Assembly (NCBI GenBank): GCA_963732435.1
Contig: CAVSZL010000013.1
Location: 129,605-193,604 of the forward strand
Length of the DNA stretch: 64,000 bases
Direction of reading: 5' to 3'
Origin: an uncultured Bacteroidales bacterium
GTDB lineage: Bacteria; Bacteroidota; Bacteroidia; Bacteroidales; VadinHA17
The notes beneath the pieces were generated by a model, which worked only from the letters and a program-made list of their open reading frames with translations, made no database searches and had not been told where the DNA came from. The position numbers and the translations under genes were made by a program. Below are positions 30,501 to 39,300 of the stretch, piece by piece. The number at the start of each line of letters is the position of its first letter. Position 1 is the stretch's first letter.

Positions 30501-30798
30501 TCAAACTCTGACAATAACCAACTATTTCAAGGAGTCCGGAATTGTTAATTTCCTCATCCTCTTCCAAACGGTCTGCAAGGTTTGTATCAAAATATCTTAT
30601 ACCTGAACTGATAACTATTCCGGTATTTCCAAGACGTTCCCGTGATGACTTCTTAAGACTGGTTCTGACTGATTCTCCCGTCAGAATAGACCCTGTAATT
30701 ACAGCAGATAGTAAAGCAATTATAAATACCTGATAAAGAAGTGGCTTCCGGTTGAACTTTATTGAACTTATTATTAAGCGGGATAATTTTGGTGCCAT
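27532..30798 (-). CDS. ABC transporter permease with two FtsX/MacB-type domains and large extracytoplasmic domains
   Basis: 1088 aa. N-terminal TM helix, long soluble region, 3-4 TM block, second soluble region, C-terminal TM block. Start lies 1 nt from the stop of the ATPase gene. Confidence 0.8.
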   Translation of the reverse strand: MAPKLSRLIISSIKFNRKPLLYQVFIIALLSAVITGSILTGESVRTSLKKSSRERLGNTGIVISSGIRYFDTNLADRLEEDEEINNSGLLEIVGYCQSLNSQKGAYNTHIYGIRDDFFSFHGNDSISVNKGEVLINKKLADHLDVKAGDDLIVRFFPIDDIPADAPFAPASGDGNSVVMKIGNILGPETNGNFSLSISQITPMNIFLNLSDLVSESDKPLKINRLLIDRLNSIAKDEAVNILKNTLRPSDAGLSIREVTETGGTELVSDRIFMDEILINEIKENIPSSAPAITYLGNSIISASGSTPYSFVAAIPSSIYPEIVSDNDIIINNWLADDLKVIEGDTLTMQWYSPDSLNKLVENSDLFVVRRIVKIDGIWGDSLLMPDFPGIAGSESCSDWDAGVPIKMGSIRDKDEEYWKQYKGTPKAFINYLKGKEIWGSNYGPATSIRFPSGFKTTGVESKLTGSLNPAILGFTVSDLADESIQAADESVDFGTLFLSLGFFLILASVVLLSFVVSYYFDSKRRTISTLFALGFKNQWIQRLFFLESSLIGLTGCFIGALAGYLVNIIITIALNSVWSGAVQTNTLSASFDILPIATGFIVTAIIITIFMWWKTRSYLKRLNRQEKEFHGLASPRLNLMLLIGSVLFTISLFILSIVWNDKNTVYSFGTGTLLLVSLILFWRQIYIGRRKQNIFEYIGRINLSRLYYSFNPSHAVTPILFISAGIFALIITGVNRMDFDEKLLKRSSGTGGYLLWCESNIPVRDDLSTLRGRTELGLTEDTLSVMDFITMKRSAGNDASCLNLNHITAPPLLGVDPSEFIARESFAFAKTLSEENIINSWQFLNRDLGANTIYGIADQTVMDWGLKLSIGDTLILRAENGQPVNIILAAGLKSSVFQGYVLIGKDNFNRYFPSVAGSSVLLVDGDADLRDLYKTTLNERLSNFGVNIEFTEDRLRAFYEVTNTYLSVFGVFGAFGMITGVLGLGFVMMRNYNRRKQEFALMLATGFTFRKIRRIILNEQILILFAGVTSGVFSAISATLPSLRSGQEIPWIYLTIMVFTILITGLSVLFLTVRSISGGVLVASLKKE

Positions 30799-30799
30799 G

Positions 30800-31480
30800 C
30801 TAATTCAGTTTTCCTTCATCGAGCCTCAGCGTTTTAGACATATTTTTAGCCAGACCGGATGAATGGGTGGCAAGAATTATTGTTATACCAAATTCATGGT
30901 TCATTTCAATCAGTAGTTTCCCGAGGTTCTCAGCATTTCTGGTATCAAGAGAACCGGTTGGTTCATCTGCAAGGAGAATTGAAGGATTATTTGCAAGTGA
31001 TCTCACTACAGCAACACGCTGAGCCTCCCCGCCTGAAATATGAAATGGATATTTATCTTTCAGATCGGTTATCCCTGTTTTTTCCATCAACATCTTCAGA
31101 TGAGCCTCTCTGACTGATAACTCATCCTTATTATATTCTGAAGCAAGCAGCGGGAAAAATATATTCTCTGATACTGTTAAATGGGGTAATAACAAATGAT
31201 CCTGAAATATAAACCCAACATTCCTGCTCCGGTAAACAGCTGATTCATTATCTGTTAAATTAGCGAGTGATGCACCTTTGAAAAATATCTCACCACTATC
31301 AGGCTTGTCGAGAAGACCTATAATGTTTAAAAGGGTGGTTTTACCTGAACCTGACGGACCCATAATCGCAATTGAGTCACCCTCATTTACATCCAGAGAC
31401 AGATTATCTAGGACTAAACCTCTCTGTATAAATGATTTTGATAAGTTTTTTATTGAAAGCATAAACAATTTATTAAGCAC
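30800..31480 (-). CDS. ABC transporter ATP-binding protein (MacB/LolD-like)
   Basis: Walker A GPSGSGKTT, signature ISGGEAQRVAV, Walker B ILLADEPTGSLD. The start may be the second Met (31462). Confidence 0.9.
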   Translation of the reverse strand: MLNKLFMLSIKNLSKSFIQRGLVLDNLSLDVNEGDSIAIMGPSGSGKTTLLNIIGLLDKPDSGEIFFKGASLANLTDNESAVYRSRNVGFIFQDHLLLPHLTVSENIFFPLLASEYNKDELSVREAHLKMLMEKTGITDLKDKYPFHISGGEAQRVAVVRSLANNPSILLADEPTGSLDTRNAENLGKLLIEMNHEFGITIILATHSSGLAKNMSKTLRLDEGKLN

Positions 31481-31514
31481 TCTGTTAAAAAAGCATCGAG
31501 GCAGATATGAATAA

Positions 31515-32810
31515 CTATTTTGGCATCATAGCATTGTAAACTTTCGAAAGTTCCTCAGACATTCTGTCCAGAGACAGGTGTTTCAGAACATTTTCTTTAC
31601 CGTCAGTACCAAGTTTCAACATTAGATTTTTATCGTTTAATACCTTAACCAGACTGGCAGATAATTCTTTTATATCATCCGGATTATAAGTTATACCACC
31701 ACCCGTTCTTGCAATTATTTCCGGAAATGCTCCGGTAGCCGGTTGAACAACCGGTACGCCTGCTGCATTGGCCTCAAGAATGTATAACCCGTAGCCATCA
31801 TATTTTCTTACAGGAACACTCATGACATCAATATTACTGAAAAAATCCTGTTTGCTGTTACCGTGAAATTCAGGATAGATTTTGACAAAACTCTTAAGTC
31901 CTGCTGCTTTTATCTTCCTTATTTGCTCAGAGATATAAGGTTTATCATCTCCGGTGAAACCACCGGAAACATGAAGGGTTAATCCCGGCAGTGCATTCAC
32001 CGACTTAGCCATGATAAATGCATCAACCAGTTTGTCAAAACCATTATGAGAATTGATCCTGCAGAAATATCCTATGGCCGGCCAGTTTTCTCTTTTTTTA
32101 ACATTCAGTAACTCGACCGGGTCAAATCCAAGTGGTACTACTTTAACATTATCTCCGGATATTCCTGTTTTAGAGATAAAAAAATCTTTGTAGTATTGGC
32201 TGGGAGTTAAAAAAACATCAACATTGCCGGCTTCTTTTGATATCAACTTCCAGGCATTTGACTGATAGGGTTCCGACATCTCATTAATCCAGTCATCCTC
32301 ATTAAGCAATGAGCAGACAATACTTACATTCAGCTTTTTCTTAAGCTGACGTGCAAGTCCTATAATCAAAGCATTGGAAAGGTGGATAATATCTGGTTTA
32401 CCATCTTTGCAAAGATGGTCTGCCAACCTTTGCAGCTCTTTTTCAGGAAAAGCATTCTCTCCCCTGATCATGTTAAGAGTCATATCTTCAAGCCCTTCTG
32501 TCCTTGTGGTTCCGGCTCTCTTTGCTGCCATTCTGAGCATTGGAGCAGAGTCGAAGATCTTATCCATAAATACCGGCATATTCTTCATGAATGGAACTTT
32601 TTCTCTGATGTACATTGAAATGGCACCAAAAAATACATTATTATCAAGTCCTGATTCGGTATTTTTATCTTCTGGCGGAAGATATAATGGTATCGCTGTG
32701 GCCTGTATCCCTTTTACTTTGCGGATAGCCCTCAGATAGATCATATCGCGGTAACAATTTCCGCAATAAAAAGATCCTCCCGAGCCTGTTATAAGATATA
32801 CAATCTTCAT
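31515..32810 (-). CDS. GT4-like (GT-B fold) glycosyltransferase with N-terminal CGNC motif
   Basis: 431 aa. C-terminal GYGLYILEANAAGVPVVQPATGAFPEII resembles the GT4 EX7E region. Unusual N-terminus GSGGSFYCGNCYRD. Confidence 0.65.
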   Translation of the reverse strand: MKIVYLITGSGGSFYCGNCYRDMIYLRAIRKVKGIQATAIPLYLPPEDKNTESGLDNNVFFGAISMYIREKVPFMKNMPVFMDKIFDSAPMLRMAAKRAGTTRTEGLEDMTLNMIRGENAFPEKELQRLADHLCKDGKPDIIHLSNALIIGLARQLKKKLNVSIVCSLLNEDDWINEMSEPYQSNAWKLISKEAGNVDVFLTPSQYYKDFFISKTGISGDNVKVVPLGFDPVELLNVKKRENWPAIGYFCRINSHNGFDKLVDAFIMAKSVNALPGLTLHVSGGFTGDDKPYISEQIRKIKAAGLKSFVKIYPEFHGNSKQDFFSNIDVMSVPVRKYDGYGLYILEANAAGVPVVQPATGAFPEIIARTGGGITYNPDDIKELSASLVKVLNDKNLMLKLGTDGKENVLKHLSLDRMSEELSKVYNAMMPK

Positions 32811-32875
32811 AGTTTTATTATTTCATTTTATTGAGCAATGTAAATCCCCTGGTTTCATATAAATAAGCACTTAGG

Positions 32876-34108
32876 TTATTTTGTCACCGGGGATTTATCT
32901 CCAAATGCCAATAATCTGCCATCTTCAGTAAGAATGTAAAATTTCCCCTCTATAACGGCAGGGGAGCTGCTTATTGGAGTTCCGGCATTAAAACTCCATA
33001 GTTTTTTCCCTGCAGCCAGATCAAGTATTGAAACAGTACCATCCATGCTTGTAAAAAGAACCTTTGATTTTGTTATTACTGCAGAACCAATAATCCGTCC
33101 GTTTGTTCTATACTTCCAGATTAATTTACCATTTCCGGCATTGTAACAGTAAATGAATTTATCTTCGTTACCAATAACAACATAATTATTTCCAACAGCA
33201 GGAACAGCAAGGATAGAACCTGATTGTTCATTCCCCGGAACCTTCCAAACCATCTTTTTTGTTTTTATATTCAATCCAAAGATTGTTCCATCGTAATCGC
33301 CGAAATATGCCATATCACCAGCGAGGGAAGGGGAGGCGGCAATATATACTCCAACATCTACTGTATCTTTCTGATTGCCTGAAAGGGGATCGACTAATCT
33401 TATCATACCATCACACCCACCAAAAACAATTTTACCATCCTGAATTGAGGGTGTTCCGTTTACATAATTTTCTGTTTCAATTTTCCATATCAGCTTACCT
33501 GTCTTTGGATCGACACAGTGCAGAAAATAATCATAGCTGCCCACAACTATACCGGCTTTACTTCCGGATAACCAGACATTTGCAGATCCTGAGATCTGAT
33601 TATCTGTGGTATATGTCCATATAAGTTTACCTGTAACTTTATCAACCGCAATCAGTCTTCCATCATTCAGTCCTACAATAACTTTATTCCCAAATACAAG
33701 TGGAGCTGCTTCAATCATACTTCCCGCATTATATTGCCATTTGATCTTGCCATCGGATGAAACAGCTATCAGGTTGCCGGGATCATTTCCAAAGAAGAGA
33801 GTTCCATCACTTATTACGGGCGATGATTTAGTTTTAGATCCTGTGGATAGGCTCCACAGCAGTTTTGGATCTGATGGGAACTCACGATCGTACCTGCCTG
33901 AAAGATCTGCTTTTCCTCTGAATAGTAACCAGTCCTTGTTTCCTGTTTGGGTATATGCTGATAGAAAGAATAATCCAGATAATAATAGTGTAATATGATA
34001 CCTTTTATGCCATTGGGTAGTTTTGGTACGAAGCATTTGCCGGACCAACCTATAAAAAATAAATCCTTTGTGAAATATGGCCTCTTTATGTTTAAGCAGC
34101 AATAGCAT
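32876..34108 (-). CDS. PQQ-like (BamB-like) beta-propeller repeat protein, exported
   Basis: WLLFRGKADLSGRY entry motif. Repeated G.L.A.D..TGK..W blades (e.g. LIAVDKVTGKLIWTY, LHCVDPKTGKLIWKI). The start may be Met at 34036. Confidence 0.7.
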   Translation of the reverse strand: MLLLLKHKEAIFHKGFIFYRLVRQMLRTKTTQWHKRYHITLLLSGLFFLSAYTQTGNKDWLLFRGKADLSGRYDREFPSDPKLLWSLSTGSKTKSSPVISDGTLFFGNDPGNLIAVSSDGKIKWQYNAGSMIEAAPLVFGNKVIVGLNDGRLIAVDKVTGKLIWTYTTDNQISGSANVWLSGSKAGIVVGSYDYFLHCVDPKTGKLIWKIETENYVNGTPSIQDGKIVFGGCDGMIRLVDPLSGNQKDTVDVGVYIAASPSLAGDMAYFGDYDGTIFGLNIKTKKMVWKVPGNEQSGSILAVPAVGNNYVVIGNEDKFIYCYNAGNGKLIWKYRTNGRIIGSAVITKSKVLFTSMDGTVSILDLAAGKKLWSFNAGTPISSSPAVIEGKFYILTEDGRLLAFGDKSPVTK

Positions 34109-34120
34109 GATATTATCTGA

Positions 34121-35209
34121 TTATTTGAATTTACTTAAAGCGCCAGTTGGACAGATTTCAATAACACTATTACTTTTGGTTTTCAGTATGTTATCAAAAT
34201 CTTCGGTAAGTGGTTCTGATATTATGCTGATAAATCCCCTGTTAATAAAACAAAGGGCCGGTTCATCAGTCGAATCTTCACAAAGCCTTACACAGAGTCC
34301 GCATTTTATACACTTGGCATTCTCAAAAATCAGACCGGTTTTGTGATTAATCTTTTTAACAATTGGAGAATTTACCAGTTTTCCCCTTGGATCTTTTATG
34401 GCAAAATCCTTTGAAAGATCTCTCAATCTGCAATCATCGGCAGCACGACAATCGCAGTGCATACAGCTTTGCGCCTCGCATGAAGCAGATTGCGTATCTG
34501 TTATTTCCCTGAACCTGGTTATTTCAACCGGACATTCTTTTAACCATTCCTGTAATTCTGTTGATCCAAGTTTTCCAATCTTAGAAGAAAATGGCCTTGC
34601 TCTCTTTTTTAATTTATCGCCTGTCACTGTGAATACATCTTCTGCAAGCTCTTCAATCGTTTCCTGCTGGGTTTTATTCAGTTTTATCTGTTTTGAAATA
34701 AAAAGTTTCATATTTCTTATTGAGACCGGAATGTCTATTTTTTTACGCCGGCATGCGTTTTCACAATAGGCGGGACAGATGGTACATGCAATTTCAGACG
34801 ATCTGACTTCATAGAGAGTAAGCTGAAATGCTCCTTCAAAATCCCTGGCAGAGAGCAATCTGTTCATCAGAGGAATGTTATATCCGGCTGGACATACAAT
34901 TTTGCATGGTGCCTCACACTCGGCTCTGTGTTCGGATAACAAAAGTTCTAATGCACTACGCCTCAGGGATATTATATCTTCACCTGAAATATCAATATCC
35001 ATTCCTTCCTGAACTAATGCTGAACATGATGGCAGATAATTACCTGTTCTTTTGTCTTTTACCATGCAAACCATGCAGGATGTATAGTGTGGCATTCCTC
35101 TCTTATAACACAAGGTGGGAATACTTAAACCTGCTCCGGTGGCAACATCCAGAATGGTTGCCCCATCAGCAGCTTCATATTCGATAGTATCAATCTTCAG
35201 CTTAATCAT
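34121..35209 (-). CDS. Fe-S protein: N-terminal 2Fe-2S ferredoxin domain, GltD-N/DPD-domain-II-like 2x[4Fe-4S] domain, C-terminal 4Fe-4S motifs
   Basis: MIKLKIDTIEYEA..TLCYKRG..TSCMVCMV..SC (NuoG/HydA-N-like Fer2). ECEAPCKIVCPAGYNIP...CTICPAYCENACRR (Fer4_20-like). CIKCGLCVRLCE. Overlaps the upstream stop by 8 nt. Confidence 0.75.
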   Translation of the reverse strand: MIKLKIDTIEYEAADGATILDVATGAGLSIPTLCYKRGMPHYTSCMVCMVKDKRTGNYLPSCSALVQEGMDIDISGEDIISLRRSALELLLSEHRAECEAPCKIVCPAGYNIPLMNRLLSARDFEGAFQLTLYEVRSSEIACTICPAYCENACRRKKIDIPVSIRNMKLFISKQIKLNKTQQETIEELAEDVFTVTGDKLKKRARPFSSKIGKLGSTELQEWLKECPVEITRFREITDTQSASCEAQSCMHCDCRAADDCRLRDLSKDFAIKDPRGKLVNSPIVKKINHKTGLIFENAKCIKCGLCVRLCEDSTDEPALCFINRGFISIISEPLTEDFDNILKTKSNSVIEICPTGALSKFK

Positions 35210-36329
35210 TGATATTAACAATTTCTATAGCATTTTCAGGACACACAATTCTGCAATTATCACATTTTGTGCATATTGACTGATCAATCTCATGTTTTTC
35301 ATAAGGTATGAATGGAATCGCCTTTACAGGACATTCCTGTGAACATTTAGTGCATCCTGTACAGTTGTCATTAATGTCATACCTGATAAGGTCCCTGCAT
35401 TTATTTGCCCTGCATATCCCCATGGTGTGTTCTTCATACTCCTGCCTGAAATATCTCAGCCCTGTAAGGACTGGATTTGGAGAAGTCTTTCCAAGTCCGC
35501 ATAGACTGCCCTGTTTAACTGATGTACATAATTTTTCAAGCTCTTCAATTTCGAAAAGATCAGCTTCTCCAGTACTTAATCTGGTAAGTATATTAAGCAT
35601 TTGTTTCGTTCCTACCCTGCAAAAAGTACATTTTCCGCATGATTGCTTATGAGTGAATGTCAGAAAGTATTTTGCCATATCAACCATGCAATCTGTATCA
35701 TCAAGGACAATCATTCCTCCCGAGCCCATCATAGCTCCCATATTTGTAAGTTCCTCGTAATCAATAGGAATATCTGCTTCACTTGCAGGAATACATCCCC
35801 CTGAAGGACCTCCTATCTGAACAGCTTTGAATGTTCTTCCCGGGGCAACTCCATCACCTATATCCTCAACAATCTGCCTTATTGTTATCCCCATCGGTAC
35901 TTCAATTAGTCCGCCTTTTGAGATTTTTCCTGCCAGGGCAAAAACTTTTGTCCCCTTGCTTTTTTCGGTTCCAATCGAACAAAAAGCATCGGCACCGTTT
36001 GTTATGATCCATGGAACAAGAGAAAGAGTTTCGACATTATTGACAAGGGTAGGTTGATCTCTGAATCCTTTAACAGCCGGATATGGAGGCCTTATATTGG
36101 GTGTTCCTCTCTTACCCTCCAGAGATGCTATTAATGCTGTTTCTTCACCACAGACAAAGGCCCCGGCTCCCTCAAAAATGCTTATGTTAAACGAAAAGTC
36201 ACTATTACAGACACTTTCACCAAGAATTCCATTCTCATAACATTTTTTTATAGCCTTCCTGCACCCTTGATACAGCAAGAGGGTATTCTGCCCTGATATA
36301 GAAAATTCCTTCATTTGCACCGGTGGCAA
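35202..36329 (-). CDS. NuoF/HydB-like NADH-binding flavoprotein, C-terminal part; segment 2 of a frame-disrupted fusion gene
   Basis: From RKAIKKCYENGILGE onward: FEGAGAFVCGEETALIASLEGKRG, SCGKCTFCRVGT (N3-type cluster) and C-terminal CTGCTKCSQECP / CTKCDNCRIVCP. Residues before about 36254 in this frame are non-homologous. Confidence 0.85.
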   Translation of the reverse strand: MPPVQMKEFSISGQNTLLLYQGCRKAIKKCYENGILGESVCNSDFSFNISIFEGAGAFVCGEETALIASLEGKRGTPNIRPPYPAVKGFRDQPTLVNNVETLSLVPWIITNGADAFCSIGTEKSKGTKVFALAGKISKGGLIEVPMGITIRQIVEDIGDGVAPGRTFKAVQIGGPSGGCIPASEADIPIDYEELTNMGAMMGSGGMIVLDDTDCMVDMAKYFLTFTHKQSCGKCTFCRVGTKQMLNILTRLSTGEADLFEIEELEKLCTSVKQGSLCGLGKTSPNPVLTGLRYFRQEYEEHTMGICRANKCRDLIRYDINDNCTGCTKCSQECPVKAIPFIPYEKHEIDQSICTKCDNCRIVCPENAIEIVNIND

Positions 36330-37623
36330 AGGCAGCTATAATCATTCCTTCAATTACCCTGTAAGGAAATGATTCAAGAATCATCCTGTCCATAAAGGCA
36401 CCGGGATCTCCTTCATCTCCATTACATACAACATACTTTCGATCACCTTTGGTCATCTGCGATATTGTCCATTTCTTTCCTGTCAAAAAACCGGCACCAC
36501 CTCTTCCTCTGAGTCCGCTCTCTGTTATTATATTAATTATTGTTTCCTGGTCGATGGAGTTAATAGATTTTCTAAGAGCTTCAAATCCTCCGGTCAGGAT
36601 ATAATCATCAAAAGAATCAGGCGATAATGTGCCACTGTTAAGTGTTGAAATATGAACCTGGTAGTTAAGAAAACTATTAAGGTATTTTTCTCTGAGCTCT
36701 ACAGGAAGATTTATCTGACTCGCGATTTTGTCTTCTGACAGAAAAGTATCTACAATATCGTTTATTCTATGTTTAAATTTCTTATTTAATGTTCTGGGCT
36801 TTATATGCTTAAGTAATATCTCCTCAACCTGTTGTTTAATAACATTTGTATATCTTGAATTCTCATTTCCGGTGTTTACAATCTCCATTAAGGGAGTCTG
36901 ATTACATACACCAACACAACCAACCGACTTTAATCTTATGTTAAGATTATACTTCTCTTTTACATTTAGAATCTCATTCAGTATTTCTTTACTTCCTCCG
37001 GCAACACAGCATGAACCTAATCCTACCCTGACTTCAGCATCAAAATCTTCAATTATTTCTTCCGAAACTGATTTCAGGTCTTTGCTGCCCGAATTCAGAA
37101 AGTCTGCGATAATATGATCTGCCTCGGTAGGCTTTACATGTCCATAGGTCTTGTCATCAATCTGTACAACAGGAGCAAGTGTACAGCAACCCAGACAGGC
37201 AACTTCTTCGATTGAAAAAAGATTATCAGGGGATGCATTTAATGTATCATCAATATGAAGAACTCTCTTAAATGCATCTGAAATCAATGGTGCCCCTTTC
37301 ACATGACAGGCTGTCCCGGAACAAATCTTCACAATATGCTTGCCAACAGGAAGATGACGGAACTGGGAGTAAAATGTAGAGACACCGGAGATCTGACCTG
37401 GAGTTATATCTGTAACTGTGCAGATATATTTCAAAGCTTCAGATGGTAAATAATTTAATTGTTTCTGCACCTCCTGAAGTATTTCAATTACCTTATCCTT
37501 TCCTCTTCCTGTTTTAGCTATTACCTTATCAACAACTGAAGTGATATCAGTATGTAAAGTTTGCATACAGTCGCACTCTCTGGTAACAATATTACTTTCT
37601 TCTGTCTTCAATTTGAAATGCAA
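36235..37623 (-). CDS. NuoE-like 2Fe-2S + HndB-like thioredoxin-fold ferredoxin + N-terminal half of NuoF; segment 1 of the fusion gene
   Basis: KICSGTACHVKG..ACLGCCTLAPVVQID (NuoE). GLGSCCVAGG..SVGCVGVCNQTPLMEI (HndB-like). GLRGRGGAGFLTGKKW..VVCNGDEGDPGAFMDR..YIRAEYPLAV (NuoF). Overlaps the upstream gene end by 16 nt. Confidence 0.85.
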   Translation of the reverse strand: MHFKLKTEESNIVTRECDCMQTLHTDITSVVDKVIAKTGRGKDKVIEILQEVQKQLNYLPSEALKYICTVTDITPGQISGVSTFYSQFRHLPVGKHIVKICSGTACHVKGAPLISDAFKRVLHIDDTLNASPDNLFSIEEVACLGCCTLAPVVQIDDKTYGHVKPTEADHIIADFLNSGSKDLKSVSEEIIEDFDAEVRVGLGSCCVAGGSKEILNEILNVKEKYNLNIRLKSVGCVGVCNQTPLMEIVNTGNENSRYTNVIKQQVEEILLKHIKPRTLNKKFKHRINDIVDTFLSEDKIASQINLPVELREKYLNSFLNYQVHISTLNSGTLSPDSFDDYILTGGFEALRKSINSIDQETIINIITESGLRGRGGAGFLTGKKWTISQMTKGDRKYVVCNGDEGDPGAFMDRMILESFPYRVIEGMIIAAFATGANEGIFYIRAEYPLAVSRVQEGYKKML

Positions 37624-39299
37624 TAAAGGTTTTTCTTTCCTCTTATATAAATCTTCTTATCTGAAAAAGCTGGTGTACAGTCGGCTCTTTCGCCAAGCGG
37701 CGATTCTGAAATAAGTTTATATTCAGGTCCGGCACTAATAATATGCATTACCCCGCTTCTGTCAATAAGGTAAAGCATTTCATCAGCTATAATTGGGGAT
37801 GCATAGAACTGATCCATGAAATAATGAGTCCAGAGGGTATCTCCCTTTTCTGCGTTATAGCAGGCAAGATCTCCGTTTCCTGTAGCTACAAATAGATACT
37901 CATCAGTTGCAACAGGGCTGGAAACGTCAGGTGTAAAGGTATTATCTTCCCATACGATTGAAGCAGCTGCTCCGGGTCTGATTGCAGCCAGTTTTGCATA
38001 ATCAGTTACAGCATAAGTCATTGTACTGTTTACAGCAACCGATGGTGCTACATCACCACTCATACATTCCACACTCCATAACTCGCTTCCTGAATTTATA
38101 TCGTAACTTGTTACGTGCGGATTTCCATTTATTATTAATTGCGGTTTGCCTCCAAAGAAGGCAAGTACCGGTGAAGACCAGACAGGCCGGCCTTTTCGTA
38201 TAGTTTCCCATTTAAGTTCACCGGTTTCAGCTTCAATGCCCATAAGTGAAATTTTTTCATTGCTGTCGAACTGCAACATTAAAAGGTCTTCATAAATTAT
38301 AAGAGATGAGGAATATCCGTAGATATTCTCCGGTAATCCTATATTTTTCGACCAGAGGAGTTTTCCGTCATGATCAAACCCAACCAGGTTCCCATTTGCA
38401 AAAACTGCACATACAACTTTTTCATTCACAGCAACCGTGGAAGTAGCAAGGCCTGCATCCTGATCCATTTCCGGCAACACTTCAGGTTCTCCCTGAATAC
38501 CAGAAGCTGACCCGGTCCATAATATTTCACCTGTTTTTTTATCAATACAATATACTTCACACACGTTTTCACTGGCTCCTGTCAGATATATATTATCTTC
38601 CCATATAACCGGAGAGCTCTGTCCGGATTTTGGTATTTCAATCTTCCATTCAATATTCTTTCCCTCTTCGCCATTCCATTCTGTTGAGTAGCCTGATCCT
38701 CCGGCAATTCCATGACTATTCTGTCCTCTGAAAGAGGGAAAATTTGTCTTATCCGGTTTTGGAGTTGTAACGCTGCCCTGTTCATTTTCCTGTTTATTTG
38801 CAGATGAAAGCCCGGATGGATCGGGCAGGTTGTTCCTCATTATAAATGAAGCTGTTAGAGCCACAACAAAAATGACAGATGCCGTTGCCAATAGATATTT
38901 TCTGTTTCTGTCTTTTATATGAATTTCATCAGGTTTTGAATCGGACAGAAGGGGAGAGGGTTTTTCATTACCTGATATAATTCTCTGACATAAAATAAAT
39001 ACAACTGCACCTGCGAGAAGAAGATAAGCACCACTTTCAACCTGCCGTCTTGAATTAAAGTATGCTTTTCGGGCTACCAGATCCATCGCTCTTACCTGTT
39101 CTGCCTTTATTTTATTCTCAGGATCCTTGTCGAACTGTTCTTTGACCGAGAGTAATGCCGGATTGTCAAGGGGATTGAGAGTTTTAAGCTGAACAAGGCT
39201 GAAGATCATCGTCAGTGCTATAATAAGAGTGAATCCTCCAGAGATCTGGCTTACTATTTTAAGGATACTGATATCTTTGTCGGTAATGTTAAGCTTCAT
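37608..39299 (-). CDS. Membrane-anchored PQQ-like beta-propeller protein (about 3 N-terminal TM helices)
   Basis: Hydrophobic segments FTLIIALTMIFSLV, AYLLLAGAVVFILCQ and LLATASVIFVVALTASFIM. Then the FPSFRGQNSHGIAG entry motif and propeller blades (CIDKKTGEILWT, GIEAETGELKWE, DINSGSELWS). Confidence 0.7.
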   Translation of the reverse strand: MKLNITDKDISILKIVSQISGGFTLIIALTMIFSLVQLKTLNPLDNPALLSVKEQFDKDPENKIKAEQVRAMDLVARKAYFNSRRQVESGAYLLLAGAVVFILCQRIISGNEKPSPLLSDSKPDEIHIKDRNRKYLLATASVIFVVALTASFIMRNNLPDPSGLSSANKQENEQGSVTTPKPDKTNFPSFRGQNSHGIAGGSGYSTEWNGEEGKNIEWKIEIPKSGQSSPVIWEDNIYLTGASENVCEVYCIDKKTGEILWTGSASGIQGEPEVLPEMDQDAGLATSTVAVNEKVVCAVFANGNLVGFDHDGKLLWSKNIGLPENIYGYSSSLIIYEDLLMLQFDSNEKISLMGIEAETGELKWETIRKGRPVWSSPVLAFFGGKPQLIINGNPHVTSYDINSGSELWSVECMSGDVAPSVAVNSTMTYAVTDYAKLAAIRPGAAASIVWEDNTFTPDVSSPVATDEYLFVATGNGDLACYNAEKGDTLWTHYFMDQFYASPIIADEMLYLIDRSGVMHIISAGPEYKLISESPLGERADCTPAFSDKKIYIRGKKNLYCISN

Positions 39300-39300
39300 T

